From positions 9,672 to 73,671 of the forward strand of contig CACGWH010000002.1 in the NCBI GenBank assembly GCA_902576765.1: 64,000 nt of DNA. Reading direction: 5' to 3'. Position 1 is the first letter of the stretch, and every line of letters begins with the position of its first letter. The translations under genes were made by a program, and so were the position numbers. Of this stretch, positions 1-9,944 are shown in pieces. The DNA is from an uncultured Pelagibacteraceae bacterium (GTDB lineage: Bacteria; Pseudomonadota; Alphaproteobacteria; Pelagibacterales; Pelagibacteraceae). Under the pieces are notes generated by a model. It did not search any database, was not told the origin of the DNA, and saw only the letters and a program-made list of their open reading frames with translations.

Positions 1-1
1 G

Positions 2-463
2 CCGAATTCAATTATCACGCATTCATGGGAAGGAGGACATGAAGATCATGATGCGTGTAATTTGATAGGGAGAAAAATTGCTTTTGATTTTAAAATCATA
101 GAAAAAAGTTTTCAATTTTCACAATATAATGCATATAAAACTAAATTACTTTTTTTTAAAGTTTTTAACCAGATTGATGATAAAAAAGGAAAGAAATTTT
201 TTGCTAAGTTAAAAAAAAGAATATTTTTTATAAAATTATTGTTCGTTTATAGTAGCCAATTGAAAACTTGGATTGGTTTATATCCATTCATAATTTTTCA
301 CTACTTATTCAGAGGATATAACTATTTAGAAAGATTGAATAAAGACAAATTTGTTAGAAAACCCCATACAAAAAAACTTTTATATGAAATAAGAAAATTT
401 TGTGATTTTAAGAAATTTAGAAATAAAACTAAATTTTTTTTAATTAAGTCTTTTAAAAATTGA
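2..463 (+). CDS. PIG-L/LmbE-family de-N-acetylase, 5'-truncated by window edge
   Basis: The ORF-track frame (62..463) is open back to position 2 and reads PNSIITHSWEGGHEDHDACNLIG, carrying the family's HxDH metal motif, with a later YxSQ motif (FVYSSQ). Confidence 0.7.
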   Translation, partial: PNSIITHSWEGGHEDHDACNLIGRKIAFDFKIIEKSFQFSQYNAYKTKLLFFKVFNQIDDKKGKKFFAKLKKRIFFIKLLFVYSSQLKTWIGLYPFIIFHYLFRGYNYLERLNKDKFVRKPHTKKLLYEIRKFCDFKKFRNKTKFFLIKSFKN

Positions 464-464
464 A

Positions 465-830
465 TCATTCCTTAATTTTTTTTATAACTTCTTTGAGAGA
501 TTCTGCTCTGATAATAGTGTCAATTTTTTTTTCTATGATCTTTATTTTCAACATATTAAAATAACTAAAAATCAATAAAGAAACAATGCTCAAAATAGTA
601 ATAATATAAAAAATATCTACATTATAATTTTTATTAAAATATTCATCTAAAAATTTTGGCCTTACTGACAAAAAAATTATTCCAAGCCAAATTAGATTCC
701 ATATTAAAAATTCAATCTTATTTAGAACCTTTTTTTTATAATTTATTATTGTGATATAAGCCATGAGTAACGAAAAAATAATTGATAATGATGCTAGAAA
801 AATTTTTATAATCACTAAAAAACCCTCCAA
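465..830 (-). CDS. DUF2304-like small membrane protein (putative partner of polyprenol-phosphate GT2)
   Basis: 121 aa, three hydrophobic helices, W-x-x-x-W in TM2, amphipathic C-tail (IEKKIDTIIRAESL); overlaps the GT2 stop. Confidence 0.6.
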   Translation of the reverse strand: MEGFLVIIKIFLASLSIIFSLLMAYITIINYKKKVLNKIEFLIWNLIWLGIIFLSVRPKFLDEYFNKNYNVDIFYIITILSIVSLLIFSYFNMLKIKIIEKKIDTIIRAESLKEVIKKIKE

Positions 831-1486
831 ACAACTATCATAATCAATAAATATAATCCTTGTAAAATGTTCATTCCCTTAAACTTATCGCTTGTAATAG
901 TTTGTATCGGAATTTGACTTATTTGACATCCATTTTTAATCGCATTGCAAGTTATTTCTGCGTCAGCAAAATAGTGTTGAAGACCTGATGACTCCCATTT
1001 AATACTTTTTTCACTGATATTAAAAACTCTTAGTCCACATTGAATATCAGAAATTTTTTTTTTATAAAGTAATGTAAAAATTTTATTTAAAATTTTTGTA
1101 CCAATTCTTTTTTTTAAATTTAAATTAGTTAAATCTTCTCTAAATCCTATAACTAATCCATTTTTAATATCCAAGATTTTATTACAAATTTTTTCTAAAT
1201 CAGAAATACTATGTTGGCCATCGCCATCTATGAAAGCTAAGTATTCAAAATTATTAATTCGAGCGTAATCTAAAGCTGTTTTCATTGAATTTGATTTTCC
1301 TAAATTATATTTATGATGAATACATTTGACAGGATAATTTGATATTCTTTTTAGTGTATTATCTTGGGAATTGTTATCTACGACTAAAATGTTTTTGAAC
1401 TTTTTACACATTTTTTCTAAGACCTCGGAAATCTTATTTTCTTCATTATAAGTGAATACAGCAACTAATACTGAATCAAACATCAA
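815..1486 (-). CDS. Glycosyltransferase family 2 (DPM1/polyprenol-phosphate glycosyltransferase-like)
   Basis: YNEE, VVDNNSQD, NLGKS, FIDGDGQH, DIQCGLRVF motifs; 223 aa with no C-terminal TM pair. Confidence 0.85.
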   Translation of the reverse strand: MMFDSVLVAVFTYNEENKISEVLEKMCKKFKNILVVDNNSQDNTLKRISNYPVKCIHHKYNLGKSNSMKTALDYARINNFEYLAFIDGDGQHSISDLEKICNKILDIKNGLVIGFREDLTNLNLKKRIGTKILNKIFTLLYKKKISDIQCGLRVFNISEKSIKWESSGLQHYFADAEITCNAIKNGCQISQIPIQTITSDKFKGMNILQGLYLLIMIVVWRVF

Positions 1487-2154
1487 AATAAATTTTTTTT
1501 TAAATAAGTTTTAAGTTGATTTGGATTATCAATAGTAAACCAATTTCTTGGCAAAACATCAGAAACTTTTAATTTTTTTTTTTCTATAAGTTTTGCCCAA
1601 ACTTGATTAAAATTTGTTGTATTTTTTACAATTTTATTAATCCTATATGGATTTATTATTTGTATACCTGAGCAATAGATATCGCTTTTAATTTTCCTTG
1701 ATAATTTAGTTACTATATTTTTTTTTCTATGAATAAAGTCTCCCTCCAATTTTTTCAGCGGTTTTACAGGCACTAAAAAACACTCTGGTTTACCTTTTTT
1801 TATATAGTCTCTCTCTATTAAATTAAAATCAATATTTGTTATATTATCACAAGTTAAAACGAACACGGGTTGATTGATATGTTTGAATGGAAAATTAAAA
1901 ATCCACCAAGCATTACCCTTCTTATCAGTATTAATTACAGAATTTACATTATTCTCTATAACGTGTTTTGCCAAAAGGCTTCCTTTATAACCAACTGTGA
2001 TGTGAATATTCCTTATATATTTTTGAATTTTTTTGATACCTTTAAGTATTAGAGTTTGATTCTTGATCTTTACCATCGCTTTAGGAATTCTTTTTGTTTT
2101 GGGCATCAATCTTATTCCTCTACCCGCAGCTAAAATAATAGCATGATTAATCAT
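1483..2154 (-). CDS. Sugar-phosphate nucleotidyltransferase (NTP_transferase family)
   Basis: N-terminal AIILAAGRGIRLMPKTKRIPKAM signature. Confidence 0.85.
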   Translation of the reverse strand: MINHAIILAAGRGIRLMPKTKRIPKAMVKIKNQTLILKGIKKIQKYIRNIHITVGYKGSLLAKHVIENNVNSVINTDKKGNAWWIFNFPFKHINQPVFVLTCDNITNIDFNLIERDYIKKGKPECFLVPVKPLKKLEGDFIHRKKNIVTKLSRKIKSDIYCSGIQIINPYRINKIVKNTTNFNQVWAKLIEKKKLKVSDVLPRNWFTIDNPNQLKTYLKKNLF

Positions 2155-2159
2155 AAAAA

Positions 2160-3104
2160 TTAATTCATTCCAATTTCTAACAATTTTATCAGTTCATTTT
2201 CATTTAGTTTTTTTGAATTTTGGGATGAAATAATTGTTTTTAATGGTCTTGAAGCGTGCTTGTCGTAATCAACTACATAATAAACTTTTTTTTTATCTTT
2301 AATAGTAAATGTATTTTTAATTTCATTACTTGCAATTAAATATTCATCTAATCTATCACCTTTTCTACCTCGAATTACTTTATAACGACCTCCATATTTT
2401 TTTATCCAAACTTTTAAAACATCCAAAATCATCGACGATTTCATATCAGCACAAACAATTTTACCTGAAAATTTTTTTGAATTTTTTAATGCAAATGAAA
2501 CTAGATCAACGGCATCATTAATCGTAAAAAAAAACCTTCTCATTTTTGGACCAGTTGTAAATATTACTTTTTTTTTTTTGTGCATCTCTTTCCATATCGG
2601 TAATACAGAGCCAGTAGACCAAGCAACATTTCCATATCGCACACAAAGAAAATTAGTGATTGAACTATTATTAGCATTTAAAAATAACTTTTCCATGGTC
2701 GCTTTACTAAAACCATAAAAATTTTTGATAGGTTGTGTAGCTTTGTCAGTAGAAATTCCAATGACAGTTTTTACTTTTCTTTCTATTGCAACCCTAGCTA
2801 GGTTAGAAGAACCTAATATGTTCACATCAGAGCATTCAAATGGAAATTCTTCTGAAATATCTACAAATTTTGTTGCCGCAGCATGTATTATTATTTCAGG
2901 ATTACAGTAATTTAGTGCATCTCTAATAGAATTTATATTCGAAACATCTAATGGTATATCTTTACATCCAGTTATGTTTGAAGCCTCTCTATTTCTCTTT
3001 TGATTTCTTGAACCAAGAAAAACCTTATATTTTTGCTTAAATTTATTTGCTAAATTAATTCCCAAATAACCACTACCACCTGTTATAAGTAAATTCTTTT
3101 TCAT
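2160..3104 (-). CDS. NDP-sugar 4,6-dehydratase, polysaccharide biosynthesis protein (PseB/FnlA/CapD-like)
   Basis: TGGSGYLG, HAAATKFV, STDKA...YGFSK, RYGNVAWSTGSV motifs. Confidence 0.85.
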   Translation of the reverse strand: MKKNLLITGGSGYLGINLANKFKQKYKVFLGSRNQKRNREASNITGCKDIPLDVSNINSIRDALNYCNPEIIIHAAATKFVDISEEFPFECSDVNILGSSNLARVAIERKVKTVIGISTDKATQPIKNFYGFSKATMEKLFLNANNSSITNFLCVRYGNVAWSTGSVLPIWKEMHKKKKVIFTTGPKMRRFFFTINDAVDLVSFALKNSKKFSGKIVCADMKSSMILDVLKVWIKKYGGRYKVIRGRKGDRLDEYLIASNEIKNTFTIKDKKKVYYVVDYDKHASRPLKTIISSQNSKKLNENELIKLLEIGMN

Positions 3105-4412
3105 ATGATAAGCACAAACAAATATTTTAAAAATTATAATGCAATCAATATACTAATTACAATATTTTTACTATTACTATTTTATTATAAATTATATTTA
3201 GAATATAAAATTCCTATCCTTGGTGATGAATTAAACTCTATATTAGTTTACTCTACAAATTTAAAAACTTTATTTTTAAAGAATTTTCCAGGCAATGTAA
3301 GTTTTTTTCACTTAGTTGGTTATATTAAGTCATTATTATTTGGTTATGAATTACTAACATATAGATCTATTTCTTATCTATCTGTTTTACTAATAATTTG
3401 GATCTTAAAAAGATTAAACTATGAAGAAAGTAAAATACTAATTTTTTTTTCAGTTTTAATTTTATCAAATTATACTTTGTATATAGGTTGGTATGCTGGA
3501 TATAATTTTACAACTACAATATTTGGTTTAATTTTTTTATTCTTAAAATTTAATCAAAAAGAAAAAAATAATAAGATAATTTTATTATTATTATTTGTTC
3601 AATTCTATAATCATTTAGTAAATATATATTTAGTTATACCCATTTTAGTTACATTATTTTTTTATTCTAAAAAGATTAAATTTATTAAGAATTTTTTAAT
3701 ATTTTTCATTTTACCAAGTTGTATTTTTTATATTTTATCGATTTTTTTAACAGGATTGGCGATACTAAAAGTTGAACAAGTAAATTTTTTATATATTTTC
3801 TCTTTTATTAAGCAAAATTTTAATGAAATAATTATAACTGGGTTTAATAGAATTTTCTTTTATGAAGTAATTAAGACTGCAAATGAGTTTAATTTGATCA
3901 ATGTGGTCAAAGATCTTAATGGTTTTGATAAAATTATTACTGTTACAATGGGTCTTTGTTTAATTTTTTCTATTTACGATTTAACTAAAAAAAAATCAAT
4001 TTTTTCATTGATAATTTTATTACATTTCTTGACTTTTGTTGTATTTAATAAGCAACCACCTGCAAGAATATTTACTGGTTTCGGGATATTTTATCTTTTA
4101 GTTTTTTTTAATTTCATAGAAAATAAATTTGAAAAAATTTTAAATTTAAAATTTTTTCAATTCTTGTCATTATTCCTATTAATTGGTGTAATAATTAATT
4201 TAAATTTTAAAGATAAAATTGATACAAGTATTTATGGTAAGGATATTTCTTACAAGGAAAATGAGGTTTCAATAAAATTGTTAAATGAAAAATGTGAACT
4301 ATATAATCAAAATTTCTTAGAATTACAAAAAAGAAATTATTATTTTAATTATTTGAATATTTGTAATCAAGATTTTAATTTAACTGAATTTTTAAAATAC
4401 TATCGATCTTAA
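3105..4412 (+). CDS. Polytopic membrane protein, putative GT-C fold (ArnT/PMT-like) glycosyltransferase
   Basis: 435 aa, about 10 or more hydrophobic segments, acidic GDE in the loop after TM1 (IPILGDELNS), late PPAR motif, soluble C-tail; glycosylation context. Confidence 0.45.
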   Translation: MISTNKYFKNYNAINILITIFLLLLFYYKLYLEYKIPILGDELNSILVYSTNLKTLFLKNFPGNVSFFHLVGYIKSLLFGYELLTYRSISYLSVLLIIWILKRLNYEESKILIFFSVLILSNYTLYIGWYAGYNFTTTIFGLIFLFLKFNQKEKNNKIILLLLFVQFYNHLVNIYLVIPILVTLFFYSKKIKFIKNFLIFFILPSCIFYILSIFLTGLAILKVEQVNFLYIFSFIKQNFNEIIITGFNRIFFYEVIKTANEFNLINVVKDLNGFDKIITVTMGLCLIFSIYDLTKKKSIFSLIILLHFLTFVVFNKQPPARIFTGFGIFYLLVFFNFIENKFEKILNLKFFQFLSLFLLIGVIINLNFKDKIDTSIYGKDISYKENEVSIKLLNEKCELYNQNFLELQKRNYYFNYLNICNQDFNLTEFLKYYRS

Positions 4413-4415
4413 TAA

Positions 4416-4490
4416 TGGTGGGCCGTGTTGGTTACGCTCCAACTACCCCTGCAATGTCAATGCAGTACTCTACTATTGAGCTAACGGCCC
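4416..4490 (-). tRNA. tRNA-Val(GAC) with atypical D- and T-loops
   Basis: Reverse complement GGGCCGT TA GCTC AATAGTA GAGT A CTGCA TTGACAT TGCAG GGGTA GTTGG AGCGTAA CCAAC ACGGCCC A CCA folds as a 75-nt cloverleaf with anticodon GAC and encoded CCA. Confidence 0.92.
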
Positions 4491-4494
4491 AAAA

Positions 4495-6321
4495 TTAACT
4501 TTCTAAAAAACTTTTTAATTGTTTAGATCTACTAGGATGCTTCAATTTTCTTAATGCTTTTGCTTCAATTTGTCTAATTCTTTCTCTTGTTACTGAAAAC
4601 TGCAAACCAACTTCTTCAAGAGTATGATCTGTATTCATTCCAACTCCAAACCTCATTCTTAAAACCCTTTCCTCTCTTGGAGTTAAAGTTGATAAAATCT
4701 TAGTTGTCGCTTCTCCTAGATTTGATTTAATTGCCTGCTCAAGTGGTGCCAACGCTTTAGTATCCTCTATAAAATCTCCTAAGCTACTATCTTCCTCATC
4801 ACCTACAGGTTTTTCAAGAGATACAGGTTCTTTTGAAATTTTTAAAACTTTTCTTACTTTATCAAGTGGCATTCTAAGTTTTTTAGCTAACTCCTCAGGA
4901 GTTGCTTCTCTACCAAACTCACTTAAAATTAATCTTTGTGTTCTTACAATTTTATTAATTGTTTCAATCATATGAACTGGAATTCTAATTGTTCTTGCCT
5001 GATCTGCTATAGATCTTGTAATTGCTTGTCTAATCCACCAGGTTGCATAAGTTGAAAACTTATAACCTCTTCTATACTCAAATTTATCAACTGCTTTCAT
5101 CAAACCAATATTTCCCTCTTGAATTAAATCCAAAAATTGAAGTCCTCTATTAGTATATTTTTTTGCTATCGATATTACTAACCTTAAATTTGCTTCAACC
5201 ATTTCTTTTTTAGCTATTCTTGACTCCTTTTCACCTTTTTGAACTCGGCTTACTAATTTTTTGAAATCAGTAACTGACATTCCTAATTTATGACTTATTT
5301 CGATCAGTCGATCTCTTATATTCTTAAATTCATCCTTATTTTTTGAAAAAAATTGTTTCCACGATGGATTTGTATCCAAAAATTTTTTAAGATTTGGGTT
5401 TATTTCATTACCTAAATAAAATTTTATAAATTCATTTCTAGATATATTTTGGTCAATTGCTAACCTTAATAAATTTCCCTCTAAAGAAATTATCTTTTTA
5501 TTTTCAATATAATGTTTCTGAACCAAATCTTCCAAAACTGAAGGTGACAGTTGGAGTGATTTTATATTTTCTAAAATTTCATTGACAATCTTTTCATATC
5601 CTTTTTCTTTAGCAGGAGAAAATATTTTTGAATTTAAAACACAATCCAATTTTTCTTTTTGATATTTTATCAATCTATTATATTCTTTTGTAAGAACATT
5701 AACTGTTTTTAAAACTTTTGGTTTAATTTCATTCTCCATTGCTGCAAGTGTCGGATTGAATTCCTCATCTTCATTATCGCTAGCACCATCATCTTTCTCG
5801 GTTTCTCCAGAATTTTTTTGCTTCGCGCTTGGACCAGTAGTCTCGTCCTCCATATAGTTAGTATCAATATCTATAATTTCTCTTACTAAAATTTCGTCTT
5901 TTTGTAATTTTTCATCCCATTCAAAGAATTGTTGAGCTGTAATTGGACTTTGTGTTAAAGCATTTAACATTACATCTTTTCCAGCCTCTATTCTTTTTGC
6001 AATAGCAATTTCACCTTCTCTGGATAAAAGTTCAACACCTCCCATTTCTCTTAGATACATTCTTATTGGGTCATCACTTTTCTCAATTGTTTTTCCTTCT
6101 TCTTTAGAGGAGTTCTCTTTTTTCCTTAAAACTTTAAAATCAGATTTTTTTTCTACTAAAGTGATTTTTTCATTTAATATGTGAATAAATGCTTGACCAA
6201 GATTTTCATCTGAAAGATTTCTTTTCCCTAAAGATTTACTTAATTCCTCATAAGTTATAAATCCTCTATGGGTTCCTCGACCCATTAATCTTGCAAACGA
6301 TTTTGTAATAATTCTTTCCAC
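4495..6321 (-). CDS. rpoD: RNA polymerase sigma-70 factor RpoD
   Basis: [57 protein letters not shown]; GTG start. Confidence 0.98.
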   Translation of the reverse strand: MERIITKSFARLMGRGTHRGFITYEELSKSLGKRNLSDENLGQAFIHILNEKITLVEKKSDFKVLRKKENSSKEEGKTIEKSDDPIRMYLREMGGVELLSREGEIAIAKRIEAGKDVMLNALTQSPITAQQFFEWDEKLQKDEILVREIIDIDTNYMEDETTGPSAKQKNSGETEKDDGASDNEDEEFNPTLAAMENEIKPKVLKTVNVLTKEYNRLIKYQKEKLDCVLNSKIFSPAKEKGYEKIVNEILENIKSLQLSPSVLEDLVQKHYIENKKIISLEGNLLRLAIDQNISRNEFIKFYLGNEINPNLKKFLDTNPSWKQFFSKNKDEFKNIRDRLIEISHKLGMSVTDFKKLVSRVQKGEKESRIAKKEMVEANLRLVISIAKKYTNRGLQFLDLIQEGNIGLMKAVDKFEYRRGYKFSTYATWWIRQAITRSIADQARTIRIPVHMIETINKIVRTQRLILSEFGREATPEELAKKLRMPLDKVRKVLKISKEPVSLEKPVGDEEDSSLGDFIEDTKALAPLEQAIKSNLGEATTKILSTLTPREERVLRMRFGVGMNTDHTLEEVGLQFSVTRERIRQIEAKALRKLKHPSRSKQLKSFLES

Positions 6322-6385
6322 AGCAATAAATTGAATGTCTTATATAATATCAATTATATAAAAATCCATAAATTATTTACTAGGA

Positions 6386-8161
6386 TTAATTAATATTTTG
6401 CTTTTTTTTCAGCTCTTTTAGCTCATTAAATGTTGCTTCACTTAAATCTCTTGAAAACCTCGATTCTAATTCTTGAATTCTATACTCCAGGTCATAGTTA
6501 TTTAAATCCCTGCTAATATCCTCTATTAATTCAAGAAGTACATGTTCGTCATTAGGCTTATTTTTTAATATATGTTTAATGGGCGCAAACTTAGTAATTT
6601 TTTCAATTATCTGACTATCAATATCCATTTGATTTATATACAATTTTTCTCCAGATCTTAAATTAGCAAGAATTTTTTCATAAATTTGCTTATTTTCTTC
6701 TGTAAATAATTTTATGTTTTCAAACAAATGAATATTTTGTTGAATCAAATTTAAATTGTTAATTATCAAATAAATAAGAGAAAATTCTTTCAATTCAACT
6801 GCGCTCAAAGATTTGCTATCATTATAATATTTTTTTGTTTTTTCTAATGATTTGATTTTTTTGAATTTAAAATTCCTTTTATTTTGACTAGTATAGGGCG
6901 TTAATTCGGAAATTTTCTCTAAGAAATATTCTAAAACATATTTTTTAATATAATTATCTCTAATTGTGTTGGCTATTGATCTTAGCTTTTTATCAAAAAT
7001 TGCCATTGATGATGGATTATTACTAGTATGCTTTTTATAATGATTAAATATAAATTGATGTATTTGAACTTTATTTTGTTTTGAAAATTCTAAAAAATAA
7101 TTTTTACCATTCTTATTAACAAAACTATCCGGATCCTCTTTATCTGGTAAAAATAAAAAAGAAATTTGTTTTTCTGGTTTTAGTTCTTTAATCGAATTTT
7201 CAGCAGCTCTTAGGGCTGCTTTATAGCCACTTTCATCACCATCAAAACATATTATAATTTCATCAAAAAACTGATTTAATGAAAAAATTTGTTTATCTGT
7301 TAAAGCAGTTCCTAAATTAGCTACAGTATTATCAATTCCATTTTTGCTTAAGCCAACAACATCCATATATCCTTCAACTAAAAATACATTATCTACTTTG
7401 TTAGATAATTTTCGAGCTAAATCTAGATTATATAAATTTGAACCCTTTTTAAAAAAATAAGTTTCAGGAGAATTTATATATTTTGCTAGAAAATCTTTTT
7501 TTTCTATTATTCTTCCACCAAAAGCTATTGGTTGTCCAGAAATGTTATTGATTGGAAAAATTAATCGACCTCTAAACCTTTCTACATAAATTTTTTTTTT
7601 TTCATCAAGGTAAAACAATCCAGTTTCTAATAAATCTTCTAAGTTAAATTCTTTTTTTAGTTGATCAAAAAAATTTGGATTTTTGTTTATAAATCCAATT
7701 TTAAATTTTTTCACTTGATTTTTATCAAGAGATCTATCTTTCAAGTATTCTCTAGCTAAGGAATAATCATTATTCTTTAAAAGCTGTTCATGATAAAAAT
7801 CTACATATTTGCTAAAAATTAAAGAATAAATTTTCCATTTTTTTTCTCTTTCTTCATCTTGCTTAGAAAATATATAAGGTTGCATACCAGCAAGAATGGC
7901 TAAATGTTTTACTGCTTCGCCAAATCTTAAGTTTTGAATTTTCATCACAAAGTCAAAAATATTTCCATGTTCAGATGTTGCAAAACAATGATAAAATTCT
8001 TTTTCATCATTGACAGTGAATGAAGGTGTCTTTTCATTTTTAAAAGGTGAGAGACCTACATACTCTTTACCTCTTTTTTTTAAACTTACGACTTTTGATA
8101 CAACTGTAGAAACTTTTAATCTTGTTTTAATTTCATCAAGATATTCTTTTGGATATTTCAT
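6386..8161 (-). CDS. dnaG: DNA primase
   Basis: Zinc-binding-domain remnant (SPFKNEKTPSF...YHCF), KYINSPET, TOPRIM VEGYMDV and FDGDESG. Confidence 0.96.
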   Translation of the reverse strand: MKYPKEYLDEIKTRLKVSTVVSKVVSLKKRGKEYVGLSPFKNEKTPSFTVNDEKEFYHCFATSEHGNIFDFVMKIQNLRFGEAVKHLAILAGMQPYIFSKQDEEREKKWKIYSLIFSKYVDFYHEQLLKNNDYSLAREYLKDRSLDKNQVKKFKIGFINKNPNFFDQLKKEFNLEDLLETGLFYLDEKKKIYVERFRGRLIFPINNISGQPIAFGGRIIEKKDFLAKYINSPETYFFKKGSNLYNLDLARKLSNKVDNVFLVEGYMDVVGLSKNGIDNTVANLGTALTDKQIFSLNQFFDEIIICFDGDESGYKAALRAAENSIKELKPEKQISFLFLPDKEDPDSFVNKNGKNYFLEFSKQNKVQIHQFIFNHYKKHTSNNPSSMAIFDKKLRSIANTIRDNYIKKYVLEYFLEKISELTPYTSQNKRNFKFKKIKSLEKTKKYYNDSKSLSAVELKEFSLIYLIINNLNLIQQNIHLFENIKLFTEENKQIYEKILANLRSGEKLYINQMDIDSQIIEKITKFAPIKHILKNKPNDEHVLLELIEDISRDLNNYDLEYRIQELESRFSRDLSEATFNELKELKKKQNIN

Positions 8162-8163
8162 AA

Positions 8164-8625
8164 CTATTTATTTAATAATTGTTTAAGTAGAGCTCCAGCT
8201 TTTGCAAAATCAATTTCATCTGCATATTCTTTTTTAAGCTCACCCATGACTTTGCCCATATCTTTTATTGAGTTTGCATTCAGTTTAGAAATAATTTGCT
8301 CACAGATTTTTTTAGTATCTTCTTCATTTAATTGTTTAGGTAAAAAACCGGACAAGATATTGTACTCATTCTGCTCTACTTCTAAGAGATCACTTCGATT
8401 ATTTTTTTTATAAATTTCGATCGATTCGGCTCTTTGTTTAACCATTTTCTTAAAAAGTTTTTTAATATCCTCATCGTCTGTTTCTTTCTTGTTTGGACCT
8501 GATCGATTTAATATTTCGAGATCCTTTATTGATGACAGAATTAACCTATAAGTTGAGATTTTTGTTTTCTCTTTAGATTTTAGAGCTTTTTTATATTCAG
8601 TTTCGATCGTTTCTTTTAGAGACAT
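8164..8625 (-). CDS. GatB/YqeY domain protein
   Basis: KQRAESIEIY, FLPKQL, KDMGKVMG motifs; conserved position upstream of dnaG. Confidence 0.9.
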   Translation of the reverse strand: MSLKETIETEYKKALKSKEKTKISTYRLILSSIKDLEILNRSGPNKKETDDEDIKKLFKKMVKQRAESIEIYKKNNRSDLLEVEQNEYNILSGFLPKQLNEEDTKKICEQIISKLNANSIKDMGKVMGELKKEYADEIDFAKAGALLKQLLNK

Positions 8626-8750
8626 AATTTTTAATCTACTTTAAAGAAAAAATTCTTCAAAAGAAAAATTGTTTTTTTACAATTTTATAATACATCTCTG
8701 TTGCGATAATAAACCAATTATTGTATTAACCTTTAACTTATGAGTTGTAA

Positions 8751-9944
8751 TTGATCAAAAAAGTAAAAAAAACAAACTCAAAAAATTCACAATTAAACAC
8801 AGGTATTTTAGTTCTTGAAAACAAGAAAATTTTTAAAGGCATCGGAATAGGCTATCAAGGAGAAGCGACTGGTGAGGTTTGCTTTAATACCTCTTTAACA
8901 GGCTACCAAGAAATCATTTCTGATCCCTCTTATGCGGGACAGATTATTAATTTCACATTTCCACATATTGGAAATGTTGGAACAAACAAAGAGGATGTTG
9001 AGTCTGACAAAATATGGGCAAGAGGTGTAATCTTTAATTCTGAGATAACTTCTCCTTCAAATTACAGAGCATTTTTACATTTAGATGCTTGGCTTAAAAA
9101 AAATAAAATTGTTGGAATTACAGGTTTGGATACTAGAAGTTTAACAAACTTTATAAGAGATAAAGGAGCACCTAAAGGAACAATCTCATATTCAAAAAGT
9201 GGAAAATTTAATTTGAGTAAATTAACAAAATCAACAATTAAATGGAGTGGATTAAAAAATTTAGATCTTGCAGAAACAGTTACGACGTCAAAAAACTATA
9301 TTTGGAATGGTCTTAAAACTTGGAAAAAAGACATGGGATATAAAAAAAATAGAAAAAATTTATTTCATGTAGTTGCAATTGATTATGGAATAAAAAAAAA
9401 TATTTTAAGATACTTTTCAGATTTCAAGTGTAAAGTAACAGTTGTTTCTTGCAAAACTTCTGCAGAAAAAATATTAGATCTAAAACCACAAGGAGTATTT
9501 TTATCTAATGGTCCCGGGGATCCAGCAGCGACAGGTAAATATGCAATAGAAATAATAAATAAATTAATTAGAAGAAATTTGCCTATATTTGGTATTTGTT
9601 TAGGCCATCAAATCTTAGCTTTAGCTTTGGGTGGAAAAACCAAAAAAATGAAGTTAGGACACAGAGGTGCAAACCATCCTGTAAAAAATTTAATTCAAAA
9701 TAGAGTCGAAATTACAAGTCAAAATCATGGTTTTGTAGTTGTTGAAGAAAATTTACCAAAAAAAGTTACAATAACTCATAAATCTCTTTTTGATAATACC
9801 ATTGAGGGAATAAGACTTAAAAATAGACCGATCTTTTCTGTACAATATCATCCAGAGTCAAATCCTGGACCGCAAGATAGTGTCTACTTGTTCCAAGAAT
9901 TTATTAATAATATTAAAAAAAATGCCAAAAAGAAAAGATATTAA
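8751..9944 (+). CDS. carA: Carbamoyl-phosphate synthase small subunit
   Basis: [33 protein letters not shown]; exact TTG start uncertain. Confidence 0.97.
   Translation: MIKKVKKTNSKNSQLNTGILVLENKKIFKGIGIGYQGEATGEVCFNTSLTGYQEIISDPSYAGQIINFTFPHIGNVGTNKEDVESDKIWARGVIFNSEITSPSNYRAFLHLDAWLKKNKIVGITGLDTRSLTNFIRDKGAPKGTISYSKSGKFNLSKLTKSTIKWSGLKNLDLAETVTTSKNYIWNGLKTWKKDMGYKKNRKNLFHVVAIDYGIKKNILRYFSDFKCKVTVVSCKTSAEKILDLKPQGVFLSNGPGDPAATGKYAIEIINKLIRRNLPIFGICLGHQILALALGGKTKKMKLGHRGANHPVKNLIQNRVEITSQNHGFVVVEENLPKKVTITHKSLFDNTIEGIRLKNRPIFSVQYHPESNPGPQDSVYLFQEFINNIKKNAKKKRY

Larger units (their letters stand above)
1..4415. other. Edge of hypervariable surface-glycosylation island abutting tRNA-Val 3' end
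   Basis: Cluster of glycan genes, visibly more AT-rich than flanking core genes, ending 3 nt from the tRNA CCA end. No integrase or att repeat is visible in the window. Confidence 0.6.

Noticed and set aside
2520-2580. Long A/T homopolymers in island genes as phase-variation tracts
   Set aside because: The frames are intact, and similar Lys/Phe-codon runs occur throughout the core genes.
8626-8750. Possible CtrA boxes (TTAA repeats) in the yqeY/carA spacer and other spacers
   Set aside because: The spacing does not match TTAA-N7-TTAA, and TTAA is ubiquitous at this AT content.
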